Source: Calditrichia bacterium (GTDB lineage: Bacteria; Calditrichota; Calditrichia; JAJRVZ01). Taken from it: a stretch of 64,000 bases of DNA. Positions 1 through 11,738 of this stretch are shown one piece after another (the stretch's first letter is position 1; each line of letters opens with the position of its first letter). Below the pieces are notes generated by a model, which ran no database searches, was not told where the DNA came from, and was given only the letters and a program-made list of their open reading frames with translations. The stretch lies in NCBI GenBank assembly GCA_963796965.1, contig CAWCNS010000002.1, forward strand, positions 128,001 to 192,000, read 5' to 3'. Both the position numbers and the translations under genes were made by a program.

Positions 1-440
1 GGAAACCGGTCGACTCCCGAAAATTCGAGCCTATCTTCAACAATTGTATAGTTAAATCCTGTTTGCGCTGCCAGCCGGGCTAGTGGAAGTGCCACATGAC
101 CGCCACCAAAAATTATAAGATGTGGTTGAATACCAATCGGTTCGACAAAAAACTCCATTTTTCCACCACAGATCATACCCGTATCATCCTTTGCATGATC
201 ATCAAGATCATGCCATTCTTTATAATAGTTACCTGTTCGAATACTCTCTTTTGCCTTTTCAATCATCATTGCCTCAACAGCAGAGCCACCAACTGTTCCA
301 TAAACATTTCCATCAGAACACACCATCATTTTGGTACCGGTTCCCCTTGGTGTGGATCCTTTTGTAGCAATAATTGTTACTAAGGCCGCCGATTTATTTT
401 GTGCTCTTAGTTCCGTGATCTTATCAAAAATGTCAATCAT
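1..440 (-). CDS. xdhC: XdhC/CoxI family molybdoenzyme maturation factor (5' part; runs off the window start)
   Basis: Manual translation from ATG at 440 (GGGAG RBS upstream): MIDIFDKITELRAQNKSAALVTIIATKGSTPRGTGTKM...GTVGGS...GMICGG...LIIFGGGHVA. GSTPR, GTVGG, CGG and GxGHV motifs are typical of XdhC. Not in the ORF track because it is truncated. Confidence 0.88.
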   Translation of the reverse strand, partial: MIDIFDKITELRAQNKSAALVTIIATKGSTPRGTGTKMMVCSDGNVYGTVGGSAVEAMMIEKAKESIRTGNYYKEWHDLDDHAKDDTGMICGGKMEFFVEPIGIQPHLIIFGGGHVALPLARLAAQTGFNYTIVEDRLEFSGVDRF

Positions 441-522
441 GCAATACTCCCGAATTATTCAATTCCTAATTCCTAATTCCTAATTTAAAAAGATAATCTG
501 TCTCCATTAAAAAGGCAAATTT

Positions 523-1131
523 TCAGATATATGTCTGATAGTCAATTGGTGTATCAATATCTAATATGACACCTTTATCCATTATTTCTAAATGCTGAAC
601 CTGCTTGGAATATTTGTCAACTACATACCGGGCTCCCCGGTTCAGTGGCGCATTTAAAAGATCTGAAAAATATTTTTTTCCGAAATAAACTGGATGTCCC
701 CGTCGACCCCTAAATACAGGGATGATTATTTCATCATTTTTTTTCTGTGCCTCATTATAAAGGAATTTATACGTAGATAGTTTTACCAGAGGATGGTCAA
801 CCAGGGTTTGCAATAATCCGTTACAATCTGGCGGAAGTTCGTTTATGGCTATTTGAAGCGAAGATAATTGTCCCTGTTCAGGATTTGGATTTCTGAGTAA
901 ATTGATTTTATTATCATCGGGAAGACTTTCTTTTACTAATTCATAGTTTGTACCAAGAACCAGAATGAGTGGATCAAAATACGCTGCTACAAGATTTTTA
1001 ATGATGGTGTTGAGGAAGGTTTTTCCATTTAGATTAAGCAATGCTTTCGGTTGCCCCATCCGTTTTGAATCCCCGGCAGAAAGTATTACCCCGGCAATAT
1101 TCTTTTTATCCACACCTATTTCTCTTTTCAA
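523..1131 (-). CDS. mocA: MobA/MocA-like nucleotidyltransferase (probable molybdenum cofactor cytidylyltransferase)
   Basis: ILSAGDSKRMGQPKALL, GHPVYF, DIDTP motifs; adjacent to xdhC. True start may be GTG at 1113. Confidence 0.8.
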   Translation of the reverse strand: MKREIGVDKKNIAGVILSAGDSKRMGQPKALLNLNGKTFLNTIIKNLVAAYFDPLILVLGTNYELVKESLPDDNKINLLRNPNPEQGQLSSLQIAINELPPDCNGLLQTLVDHPLVKLSTYKFLYNEAQKKNDEIIIPVFRGRRGHPVYFGKKYFSDLLNAPLNRGARYVVDKYSKQVQHLEIMDKGVILDIDTPIDYQTYI

Positions 1132-1141
1132 TTAAACAGAC

Positions 1142-1224
1142 AAACACAAAGTACACAAAGAAAACACAGAGATCACAAAGTTTTATATAATATTTTCTTA
1201 GTGCACTTTGTGTTCTTTGTGTTT
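1142..1224. repeat. Intergenic imperfect inverted-repeat element built from (ACACAAAG)-like units
   Basis: Left arm aaacacaaagtacacaaagaaaacacagagatcacaaag; right arm cttagtgcactttgtgttctttgtgttt; related copy at 18735-18908. Confidence 0.75.
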
Positions 1225-1255
1225 ATAAAGAGATAGTACGTTGAGAATATAAACT

Positions 1256-1278
1256 AAAAAGCCTCCCGAGGGAGGCTT
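1256..1278 (-). terminator. Intrinsic terminator after pfp
   Basis: Minus strand AAGCCTCCC-TC-GGGAGGCTTTTT hairpin plus U-tract just after the pfp stop codons. Confidence 0.8.
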
Positions 1279-1286
1279 AGTCATTA

Positions 1287-2624
1287 CTATTTTTTAGATT
1301 TCCGCAAATTCTCATCTTCGCTTTGTGCTTCCTGGAGGATGATACCATCGGCAAGAGCACCATTACCCGGGGTGTCTGTAATAACGTGCTCGAATGTTTT
1401 ACGAAATTCCTCCAATGACAGATTGGCTGTGGCCGCATATTTTGCCAACTCGTGCGGATCCTCAAAATCATCTTTACGCAAGCGAATCATATAACGATTG
1501 GCAACATAATAGGACTCTGATTCCGTGTCAACCATTCGTATTTTCATTTTCTTGGTCCTTGGATCGAGAATTTTTTTGAAATACATGGGAACTAGCCGCC
1601 CATCCTGAAATGATATTAACGCACCACTTCCGCCATCCATCAGGAACTTGGCAGCCATAAATCCCAGGTCACGGCAGTATTCCATATCAAAAGGAATCGG
1701 ATCAACGCAACGTAATTCGTAGCCAATGTTTTTTGCTACAATTGTCATTTTGATACCAAATTCTTTTAGACGTTCCTGGACCTTGAATTTCAATAATTCG
1801 CCAAAGTTAATTTCAGCAATCCGAATATTATCATGTTCATCACGCTCAACATCCACAAGATCTTTTAGATCATTTTCATCGAGATGTTCGACCAAGCCCT
1901 CGGCGATAACCGCAACACCATCCGGCCGGCCATAACTGATGCGCTTTATTATTGAGCCAACCAGGATATCAACAATTTTTTGTAGTGGTATTTTCTTCTC
2001 TTTAAACTCTTCCGGGATGAGTGTTATTGTTGCACCGGCTGCTTTTCCGATACCCAGGGCCAGGTGACCTGCCTTTCGGCCCATGGTAATAAGAAAATAC
2101 CAGCGTGTCGTTGTTTTTGCATCCACCATGATGTTTTTGGTGATATCAACGCCCACATGACGGGCTGTCTGAAACCCGAAAGTACAAATGCCATGGGGAA
2201 GATCTAGATCATTATCAATTGTCTTGGGAACATGTGCCACTTGCAAGCGTCCTTCTGCCAGTTCCTGTAACCGGTAAGCAGAATAAGCCGTATCATCTCC
2301 TCCGATGGTGATTAATTTGTCAACATTTAATCGTAGGAGGGACGTGATCGTATTTTCCAAGTGCTTTTTGTCTTTGGTGGGATTGTCCCGGGCAATTCCC
2401 AGATATGAACCACCTCGGAAATGAATACGGCTGACTTTGTCAATTGTCAATGGTATTACATTATCAATATTCGATCTCATTATCCACTTAAAACCGTCGC
2501 GAATCCCAATCACTTCTGCGCCGGATAAAATACTTCTTATTGTTGCTGCTCCGATTACACTGTTTATTCCAGGAGCCGGACCACCCCCTACCAAAATTGC
2601 TACCCGTTTGGGATGATGTGCCAT
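1287..2624 (-). CDS. pfp: Pyrophosphate-dependent phosphofructokinase (PfkA family)
   Basis: GGGPAPG, GGDD and PKTIDND (Asp/Lys signature of PPi specificity), MGR motif; ATG at 2624 with GGAGG RBS. Confidence 0.9.
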   Translation of the reverse strand: MAHHPKRVAILVGGGPAPGINSVIGAATIRSILSGAEVIGIRDGFKWIMRSNIDNVIPLTIDKVSRIHFRGGSYLGIARDNPTKDKKHLENTITSLLRLNVDKLITIGGDDTAYSAYRLQELAEGRLQVAHVPKTIDNDLDLPHGICTFGFQTARHVGVDITKNIMVDAKTTTRWYFLITMGRKAGHLALGIGKAAGATITLIPEEFKEKKIPLQKIVDILVGSIIKRISYGRPDGVAVIAEGLVEHLDENDLKDLVDVERDEHDNIRIAEINFGELLKFKVQERLKEFGIKMTIVAKNIGYELRCVDPIPFDMEYCRDLGFMAAKFLMDGGSGALISFQDGRLVPMYFKKILDPRTKKMKIRMVDTESESYYVANRYMIRLRKDDFEDPHELAKYAATANLSLEEFRKTFEHVITDTPGNGALADGIILQEAQSEDENLRKSKK

Positions 2625-3119
2625 TATTAAACCTCCGTTTCTTTCATCAAACAATATAAGTATTAATATTCATTGAACTTTAATTTTACTCATTTTACTC
2701 AATTCACGCAAGCTTGTTTAGACGTTAATCTCTACAAAATTTATATGATTCTTATCTTTTATTCTCAAATTTTAAGAGATGTAATTAATTGAATATTATC
2801 AAGTTATGGGATTTACATATAATCTTGTTTTAACACCGGGGTCATCCTGAAAGGAGCTTTCCAATCATTGATCTGAAGATTATTCTTCATGAAACAACAC
2901 GGTCAAATAGTCCATTAAAAATAAATTGAACAAATTCAGGTAGAAAAAGGTATAAATTTTAGTTACACCGACAAATAATCCAATGTAACATTGGTGATTG
3001 TATCAGGGGGATTGATCGCTGAGTTGCTTATAAACAGCAAATATTGAATGATTAACCATTACCTACTTGTTTAAAGGATTCAGGTATTTTAATTTTGAAT
3101 TAAACGTGGATATAGCTTT

Positions 3120-5164
<2,045 letters not shown>

Positions 5165-5253
5165 ATAAAAGTTTTATTTTTTCTTTTTCAATGTCAACTT
5201 TAATACGACATATTCGTTATTTTCACCATACATCGCGAATCACAAATCCGCGA

Positions 5254-5718
5254 TCAGGTTAATTCCAATCGGTACACATTAGTCTTTTTTAATTTAAACC
5301 CAAGTGATACATACAGCTGGTTAGCAGCAATTCGTACTGTTGATGAAGTAAGATCAATTTTATCAGTGCCCCTTATTTGTGCTTCTTTAATGGCATATAC
5401 CATCAATTTTCTCCCAACACCTTTTCCCCGGGCCGTTTGATCAACCACCACATCTTCAATGCGGAAATTTAAACCTGTAGGTACTCTAAATGTGGCAAAA
5501 GAAAGTGTACCAATGATCTTTCCAGCCTGGCTATTATCTCTGGCAACGATTAATGTTGAGTTCTCTGATAACAGCATCTCTTTAAACATTTTTGAGGAAA
5601 AATTAAGAGGGCTTTTCGTCAATTGCTTTAGCAATTTATTAACATCATCTAATACAGATTCAGAGTAGGAGGTTACCTCAATAATATCAATTAAATTCGC
5701 TTCATTTCCATCTTTCAT
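5254..5718 (-). CDS. GNAT family N-acetyltransferase
   Basis: IEDVVVD..ARGKGVG acetyl-CoA motif; ANQLYVSLGF. Confidence 0.88.
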   Translation of the reverse strand: MKDGNEANLIDIIEVTSYSESVLDDVNKLLKQLTKSPLNFSSKMFKEMLLSENSTLIVARDNSQAGKIIGTLSFATFRVPTGLNFRIEDVVVDQTARGKGVGRKLMVYAIKEAQIRGTDKIDLTSSTVRIAANQLYVSLGFKLKKTNVYRLELT

Positions 5719-6713
5719 GCCTCGTCTTCCACTCCTTCTATTAACTTTTTTAAGTGTAATCGTAATTCACGTATATGATCAGGACTTGTCCGGCAACATC
5801 CACCAATTATTCGAGCACCACTCTTAAACCATTTTTCGGCAAGAGAAGCAAATTTAGGTGGATCAGATTCTCCAAGCCATTTTTTTGTTACTGCATCATA
5901 AGATTCACCTGAATTCGGATAGATAATTATTTCCATATGATTTGAAACTGATTTTATTTTTTCTATCAAACCCAGGATATAACGGGGTGCTGTACAATTT
6001 GCGCCAACGGCCAGGACATGTGGATTATCAGAAAAAAGGGAGACAGCAGCATCTATAGGGGAGCCGTCTCTGATATGTTTTTGATCCCGACAAGAGAAAC
6101 TTATCCAGTAGAATTTTTCAGGGTGTTTCATAATCAAATCTTGTAATATTTCCGCTTCCCTATAACTGGGTATTGTTTCACAGGCCAGAATATCAGCCGC
6201 TGATTTTGCCAAAAGGGTAAATCTTTCTTCATGAAATTCTAACAGATCACTTGCTGAAATAGTATATCGTCCATGATACTCTGACCCATCGGCTAAATAG
6301 GCCCCATAAGGACCTATACTGGCGGCGACAAGAGGAGATATCGAATCTATATTATGTTTATCCCTCTCCGAATTAAATCGATCCCTTGCTTCACAGGCAA
6401 TTTCCACAGATTTATTTAATAGAGAAAACGCCTCTTTTTGTGAATAACCAGCTTCTAAAAAGCCCTGAAAACTTCCCTGGTAACTGGCGGTAATGATACA
6501 ATCAGCCCCGGCCAGCAAATAGGCATAATGCACATCAGCTATGGCTTCCGGTTCAGAGTCGAGCAATCGGGCAGACCACAATTGATGGTTTAGATCATGA
6601 CCTCTCTTTTCTAACTCCGTGGCCAATCCACCATCAAGAATTACAAATCCCTGCTTTTTAACAAATTGTGAAAGGGGAGAATAATTTGCAGATTTGTATA
6701 AATTTGGTCCCAA
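5715..6713 (-). CDS. mmuM: Homocysteine S-methyltransferase
   Basis: LDGGLATELE, GPYGAYLADGSEY, GANC, YPNSGE, IGGCC zinc-binding motifs. Confidence 0.92.
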   Translation of the reverse strand: MGPNLYKSANYSPLSQFVKKQGFVILDGGLATELEKRGHDLNHQLWSARLLDSEPEAIADVHYAYLLAGADCIITASYQGSFQGFLEAGYSQKEAFSLLNKSVEIACEARDRFNSERDKHNIDSISPLVAASIGPYGAYLADGSEYHGRYTISASDLLEFHEERFTLLAKSAADILACETIPSYREAEILQDLIMKHPEKFYWISFSCRDQKHIRDGSPIDAAVSLFSDNPHVLAVGANCTAPRYILGLIEKIKSVSNHMEIIIYPNSGESYDAVTKKWLGESDPPKFASLAEKWFKSGARIIGGCCRTSPDHIRELRLHLKKLIEGVEDEA

Positions 6714-6775
6714 TTCCTCATCCCTAATTACAAATTACAGATTCCATATTTCACTAATATTACTTATATTTAGGC

Positions 6776-7237
6776 ATGAAAAAAAATCTGTTATTTCAGA
6801 TTCTGATTATTTTAGGTATGACAGTTGCCAGTGGATTTTTATTTAACTCCTTTTCAAGCCAGGGCATAAGTCTGATCTATCAGCCATTAGAAGTTAAAGT
6901 TGGCTCACATCTTAATTCTGATGAGACTTATCGTCTCCTGCGTGAGGGCCAGGCATTATTTATCGACTCTCGCTATAAGCTAGATTATCTTATTTCTCAT
7001 ATACCTGGCTCGATAAACATTCCCTCAAATCTCGCGAGGGAAGAATTAATGACAGCATTGGAACCCATTCCCAAAGATAAATTGATCGTTGTTTACTGCA
7101 AAAGTGAAAGTTGTCAATCTTCGCGGCGTTTGGCCGGTCTCATGACCTATCTGGGATTTGAGCGGGTACATGTATACCTGGCAGGATTTGAAGAATGGGT
7201 AACTAAGAAATATCCGGTTGAGAAAGGATCGTACTAA
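6776..7237 (+). CDS. Membrane-anchored rhodanese-like domain protein
   Basis: N-terminal TM; HIPGSINIP, VVYC, GFEEW rhodanese motifs. Confidence 0.85.
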   Translation: MKKNLLFQILIILGMTVASGFLFNSFSSQGISLIYQPLEVKVGSHLNSDETYRLLREGQALFIDSRYKLDYLISHIPGSINIPSNLAREELMTALEPIPKDKLIVVYCKSESCQSSRRLAGLMTYLGFERVHVYLAGFEEWVTKKYPVEKGSY

Positions 7238-7314
7238 TTTATTTCACGTAGAGATAGCAAAAAAAATTGGAGTTACCAGTTACTAATTACTAATTACGAT
7301 AAGTTGACTGAAAC

Positions 7315-7794
7315 ATGATATCTCAATTAAAAACAATAATTAACGCTCTTCGCGAATCTCCATATATTACAACTATTTTCAGATTTATTCTGGGTATTAT
7401 ATTTCTATATGCCAGTTATGATAAGATTTTAGATCCTGGCTCATTTGCAATTGCCGTTCAGAACTACAAGTTAATTCCAATGTCTCTATCAAATATAGTA
7501 GCGATTTTTCTCCCCTGGTGTGAGTTCTATTCTGCTGTTTTATTGATATTCGGATGGTGGCATAAACCAGCGGCACTGCTTGTATCAGTCATGAATATTA
7601 CTTTCATTGTAGCATTATCCCTCGCATATTTACGTGGATTAGATATTGATTGTGGGTGTTTTGGAACCGACAGTTCTGTGAGCATTCAAAGGATTGTGGA
7701 AGATATCATCTTACTTTCCTTTTCGCTGCACATATACTTAAAGCCAAATTCGAAATTCGCATTAGAAAATCTTTTCAAGAATCGCGGATCTTAA
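7315..7794 (+). CDS. MauE/DoxX family redox-associated membrane protein
   Basis: Four hydrophobic segments; RGLDIDCGCFG motif. Confidence 0.85.
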   Translation: MISQLKTIINALRESPYITTIFRFILGIIFLYASYDKILDPGSFAIAVQNYKLIPMSLSNIVAIFLPWCEFYSAVLLIFGWWHKPAALLVSVMNITFIVALSLAYLRGLDIDCGCFGTDSSVSIQRIVEDIILLSFSLHIYLKPNSKFALENLFKNRGS

Positions 7795-7795
7795 A

Positions 7796-10700
7796 TTACT
7801 CAAAAATCTGCCTTAGCATTAATTCCTGTTCTGCCAGATGTAATTGAAAACTTCCCGCAGCAGGACTGGCACTGGGAAGCCGCCCTACAAAGTCGATTGT
7901 TTTTGATTTTGGTAATATCTTTTGAAATCTTTCCAAAACAAAATTCCAAGGTCCCATATTTCGTGGTTCTTCCTGCACCCATAAGAGATTTTTAGTCTCT
8001 TTATATTTGATCAGAATTTTTTGCACCTGATCAAAGGGAAATGGGTACAACTGCTCGAGGCGAATAATAATCGTGTTTTTTATCTCCTTCTCTTTGCGAT
8101 AGATAAATAGATCATGGGCAATCTTTCCTGAACAAAAGATTACTTTATCAACTTTTGATGGTGGATCCGGATCCTCAAGAATCACCTCAAAGGATCCATC
8201 TAACAATTCATCCCGACGACTCTTAATCGCATCAGCACGCAGCAGGCTTTTTGGCGTTAAGACAACCAATGGATTTATTTTCTCTCTTTTTGCCTGATTT
8301 CTGAGCAAATGAAAATACTGGGCAGAAGTTGTGGGAATCGTAACCCGCATATTATCTTCTGCACAGAGGGTCAAAAATCTTTCGACGCGGGAGCTGGAGT
8401 GTTCAGGTCCCTGCCCTTCGAATCCATGAGGAAGGAGAAGTATAAGACGAGCCGTTTGCCCCCATTTATCTTCTGCAGATGATATAAATTGATCTATTAT
8501 AATTTGAGCACCATTCACAAAATCACCGAATTGAGCCTCCCAAAGGACCAGAGCATTTTTTCGGCTGAACGAATAGCCATATTCGAATCCAAGAGCAGCA
8601 TATTCACTCAGGAGGCTGTCATATATCATAGCCTTTTCCTGCCCATCCTCTATATGATTGAGAGGTAGATACTCATCCATAGTAAGATAGTCAACCAGAA
8701 CTGAATGACGCTGGCTAAAGGTTCCCCTACGCGAATCCTGTCCAGCTAGCCGTATCGGAACTTTTTCTAAAAGGACTGATCCAAAGGCCATTGCTTCGGC
8801 AAGCGACCAATCTATGGCATCTTTTTCTAACATTTGACGACGGGCCAGAATTTGTTTTTTTAATTTTGGGTGAACGGTAAAATCTTCGGGAAACGTTATC
8901 AGGGCGTTGATTATTCTCTCCATCGTTTTCGCAGTAATGCCCGTTTTTATCGGGATATCTGGCTTTACAAGCGTTATAGATTCGGGTACGTTGATTTCCG
9001 GAGGTGCACTATCACGTGTGTCTTCAAATGCCGAATCTAATATCTTCTTATACTGATCGAGGGAATCTTCTGCTTCTTTTAATGTTAAATCACCACGGTT
9101 GACCAAAGATTCTGTATAGAGCTTTCTAATCGATCTCTTTTCTTTTATTTGAGCATACATCCTGGGTTGTGTATAGCTCGGTTCGTCACCTTCATTGTGT
9201 CCATGGCGTCTATAGCAAATGATATCAATAACCACATCTTTTTTGAATTTTTTTCTGTATTCAAAAGCTAATTCCATAACATGAACACAAGCTTCCGGAT
9301 CTTCCCCGTTTACATGAAATATCGGCGCCTGAACCATTCTGGCCACATCCGTCGCATAAACACTTGATCTGGCATCGCTGGGGGAGGTGGTAAACCCTAT
9401 ACTATTATTAACAACCACATGTATCGTTCCTCCCGTATTATATCCATGAAGAGCACTCAAATTAAATGTTTCAGCGACCACCCCTTGTCCGGCAAAGGCA
9501 GCATCTCCATGAACCAAAACGGCCATTACCCTGTTATGCCCTGTATCAGCAATTTCATCCTGACGCGCCCTGGTCATACCCTCAACTACAGGGTTTACGG
9601 CTTCCAGGTGACTAGGATTTGAGGCCATTATTACTTTGACTTTGCGACCATTTGGATGCTCATGAACACCCTCGGCACCCAAATGATATTTCACATCTCC
9701 AGAACCATGCTCGGTTTCCGGATCAATATCACCTTCAAATTCCCGAAAAATCTTCTTGTAAGCTTTTTGCAGGATGTTAGCCAGAACATTAAGACGACCG
9801 CGGTGAGACATCCCCAGGACAACTTCCTGAACATTATTTTCTACCGCTTTATTAAGCATATGATTAAGAACCGGAATTAAGGTCTCTGCTCCTTCAAGAC
9901 TAAATCGTTTATGTCCCACATATTTTGTGTGTAAAAAATTTTCAAATGCCTCGGCTGTATTGAGCATAAGCAGAATAGTACGTTTATCATCATTATTAAG
10001 CCATCTCGTTCTGGGAACTCCCTCAATCCTGCTCTGGATCCATTGCTTCTGATCCGGTTCCTGAATATGCATATACTCAACACCTATTGTGCGGAAATAG
10101 GCTTCACGAAGTATATCGAGTATTTCACGTAGAGTTAGCTTTGAATGTCCGGCTAATCCCTGAGCATAAAATTGACGATCATAATCCCAGATACTTAAAC
10201 CATATTTTTCAGGATCCAACTCCGAATGAGTTCTGACATCAATGTTCAAGGGATTCACATCAGCAATTAAATGCCCCCTCACCCTGGCCATGTTAATTAT
10301 TCTCTGCACATCAGCTTGTTTATCAAAAAAAGCCTTATTATCACCATCTTGATCAAACAATGGGTTAATATCCCGCTTAAGCTCCAATGAACGCTGTGGA
10401 ATTGCCAAACTTCTAAATATAACATCATAAAAATCTTCTTCCCCTGCCAGAAGACGGTGAATTAGCTGAAGGAACAATCCACTTTCAGCTCCCTGTATAA
10501 CACGATGATCATAAGTACAGGTCATGGTCATGACCTTACTCAGGCCTAGTCTGGCAACGATTGAAGGATCAGCTGATAGGTATTCAATTGGATAATCGAT
10601 CGCACCCGTAGCGATGATACAGCTCTGTCCGGTCATTAATCGTGGTACAGAATGAACCGTGCCTATTGTTCCCGGATTGGTAAGAGATACCGATGTTCCC

Positions 10701-11356
10701 ATAAAATCATCGGGTTCAATCTTATTTGTTTTCACTTTCCTGATCATTTCATTATAAGCAGTAAAAAAGCCCTTAAAGTCGAGCAGATCAGACTCTTTTA
10801 TATTTGGGACTAACAGCGAACGGCTACCATCTTTACGCTCCACATCAACCGCTAATCCAAAATTTATATGCTTTTGGCGTACCTTGTGTGGCTCGCCATC
10901 AATCTCCATATAAGCAGTAGTTAAAGCGGGCATCTTTTTTAATGATTCCAGTATCGCCCAGGCAATAATATGTGTAAAGCTTACCTTTCCACCTTTGGTG
11001 GCAGAAAGATGCTGGTTTATGATTCTTCTGTTTTCTTCTAAGACACGTACCGGTATAATTCTCGTTGACGTAGCTGTGGGTACAGTTAGACTCGTTTCCA
11101 TATTTTCAACGATACGTGCAGCAAAACCCCTCAGAGGTTCGATATCCATATCCAGGTTCTGGGGTTTTTGTTCAATATCTGGCTTTTTTTCTTCTTCTTT
11201 GGGAACTGGCGGTATCACCGTGGTTGGAGAATATCCCTTGAAAAAGTCACGCCAACTATCGGCGACCTGTTCAGGAGATTCTTTAAATTGACGATACATC
11301 TCATCAATAAGCCATACATTTGGCCCGAAATAATTTTCTTCTTTTTTATCAGACAT
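7796..11356 (-). CDS. kgd: Multifunctional 2-oxoglutarate dehydrogenase/decarboxylase (E2 catalytic domain fused to E1; Kgd/OdhA type)
   Basis: FGPNVWLIDEMY N-terminus, E2 domain with TYDHRVIQGAESG, E1 motifs KRFSLEG, GMSHRGRLN, HGDAAF, GPEHSS. Confidence 0.92.
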   Translation of the reverse strand: MSDKKEENYFGPNVWLIDEMYRQFKESPEQVADSWRDFFKGYSPTTVIPPVPKEEEKKPDIEQKPQNLDMDIEPLRGFAARIVENMETSLTVPTATSTRIIPVRVLEENRRIINQHLSATKGGKVSFTHIIAWAILESLKKMPALTTAYMEIDGEPHKVRQKHINFGLAVDVERKDGSRSLLVPNIKESDLLDFKGFFTAYNEMIRKVKTNKIEPDDFMGTSVSLTNPGTIGTVHSVPRLMTGQSCIIATGAIDYPIEYLSADPSIVARLGLSKVMTMTCTYDHRVIQGAESGLFLQLIHRLLAGEEDFYDVIFRSLAIPQRSLELKRDINPLFDQDGDNKAFFDKQADVQRIINMARVRGHLIADVNPLNIDVRTHSELDPEKYGLSIWDYDRQFYAQGLAGHSKLTLREILDILREAYFRTIGVEYMHIQEPDQKQWIQSRIEGVPRTRWLNNDDKRTILLMLNTAEAFENFLHTKYVGHKRFSLEGAETLIPVLNHMLNKAVENNVQEVVLGMSHRGRLNVLANILQKAYKKIFREFEGDIDPETEHGSGDVKYHLGAEGVHEHPNGRKVKVIMASNPSHLEAVNPVVEGMTRARQDEIADTGHNRVMAVLVHGDAAFAGQGVVAETFNLSALHGYNTGGTIHVVVNNSIGFTTSPSDARSSVYATDVARMVQAPIFHVNGEDPEACVHVMELAFEYRKKFKKDVVIDIICYRRHGHNEGDEPSYTQPRMYAQIKEKRSIRKLYTESLVNRGDLTLKEAEDSLDQYKKILDSAFEDTRDSAPPEINVPESITLVKPDIPIKTGITAKTMERIINALITFPEDFTVHPKLKKQILARRQMLEKDAIDWSLAEAMAFGSVLLEKVPIRLAGQDSRRGTFSQRHSVLVDYLTMDEYLPLNHIEDGQEKAMIYDSLLSEYAALGFEYGYSFSRKNALVLWEAQFGDFVNGAQIIIDQFISSAEDKWGQTARLILLLPHGFEGQGPEHSSSRVERFLTLCAEDNMRVTIPTTSAQYFHLLRNQAKREKINPLVVLTPKSLLRADAIKSRRDELLDGSFEVILEDPDPPSKVDKVIFCSGKIAHDLFIYRKEKEIKNTIIIRLEQLYPFPFDQVQKILIKYKETKNLLWVQEEPRNMGPWNFVLERFQKILPKSKTIDFVGRLPSASPAAGSFQLHLAEQELMLRQIFE

Positions 11357-11738
11357 GATTGAATTTTACTCTATTATTATAGTTGTTGTTTACTCAACCC
11401 TGGGTAATGGGTACTTTACTGTGTACTGGTATAAAAGTTTTGTCCGCCGCTCTAAGATGTCAAGTCTTTTTTCAACTATTACCGACCTTATAAATCAAGT
11501 TTCTGTTGCAGATATTCACTAATCTATCAACAAGTTCCAAGAACCAAATTTCTCCACAAAACTAATCTAATCAGACAGATATTCCGCATTTGAGACTGTT
11601 ATAACTAAAGGTCTGCACATAAATTAACCCAATTTTGTAATCAATCCAACAAATAAACAATATCACGGGCATCCTTTGGGAGATAAATACACGTAAACTT
11701 GGTTAAAAAAGAAAACAGTTTAACTATGCGAGGTCGTA

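Noticed and set aside
96..383. Short + strand ORFs here and the many 60-170 aa ORFs antisense to or nested in long genes
   Set aside because: Shadow frames of well-supported genes, with no motifs or RBS.
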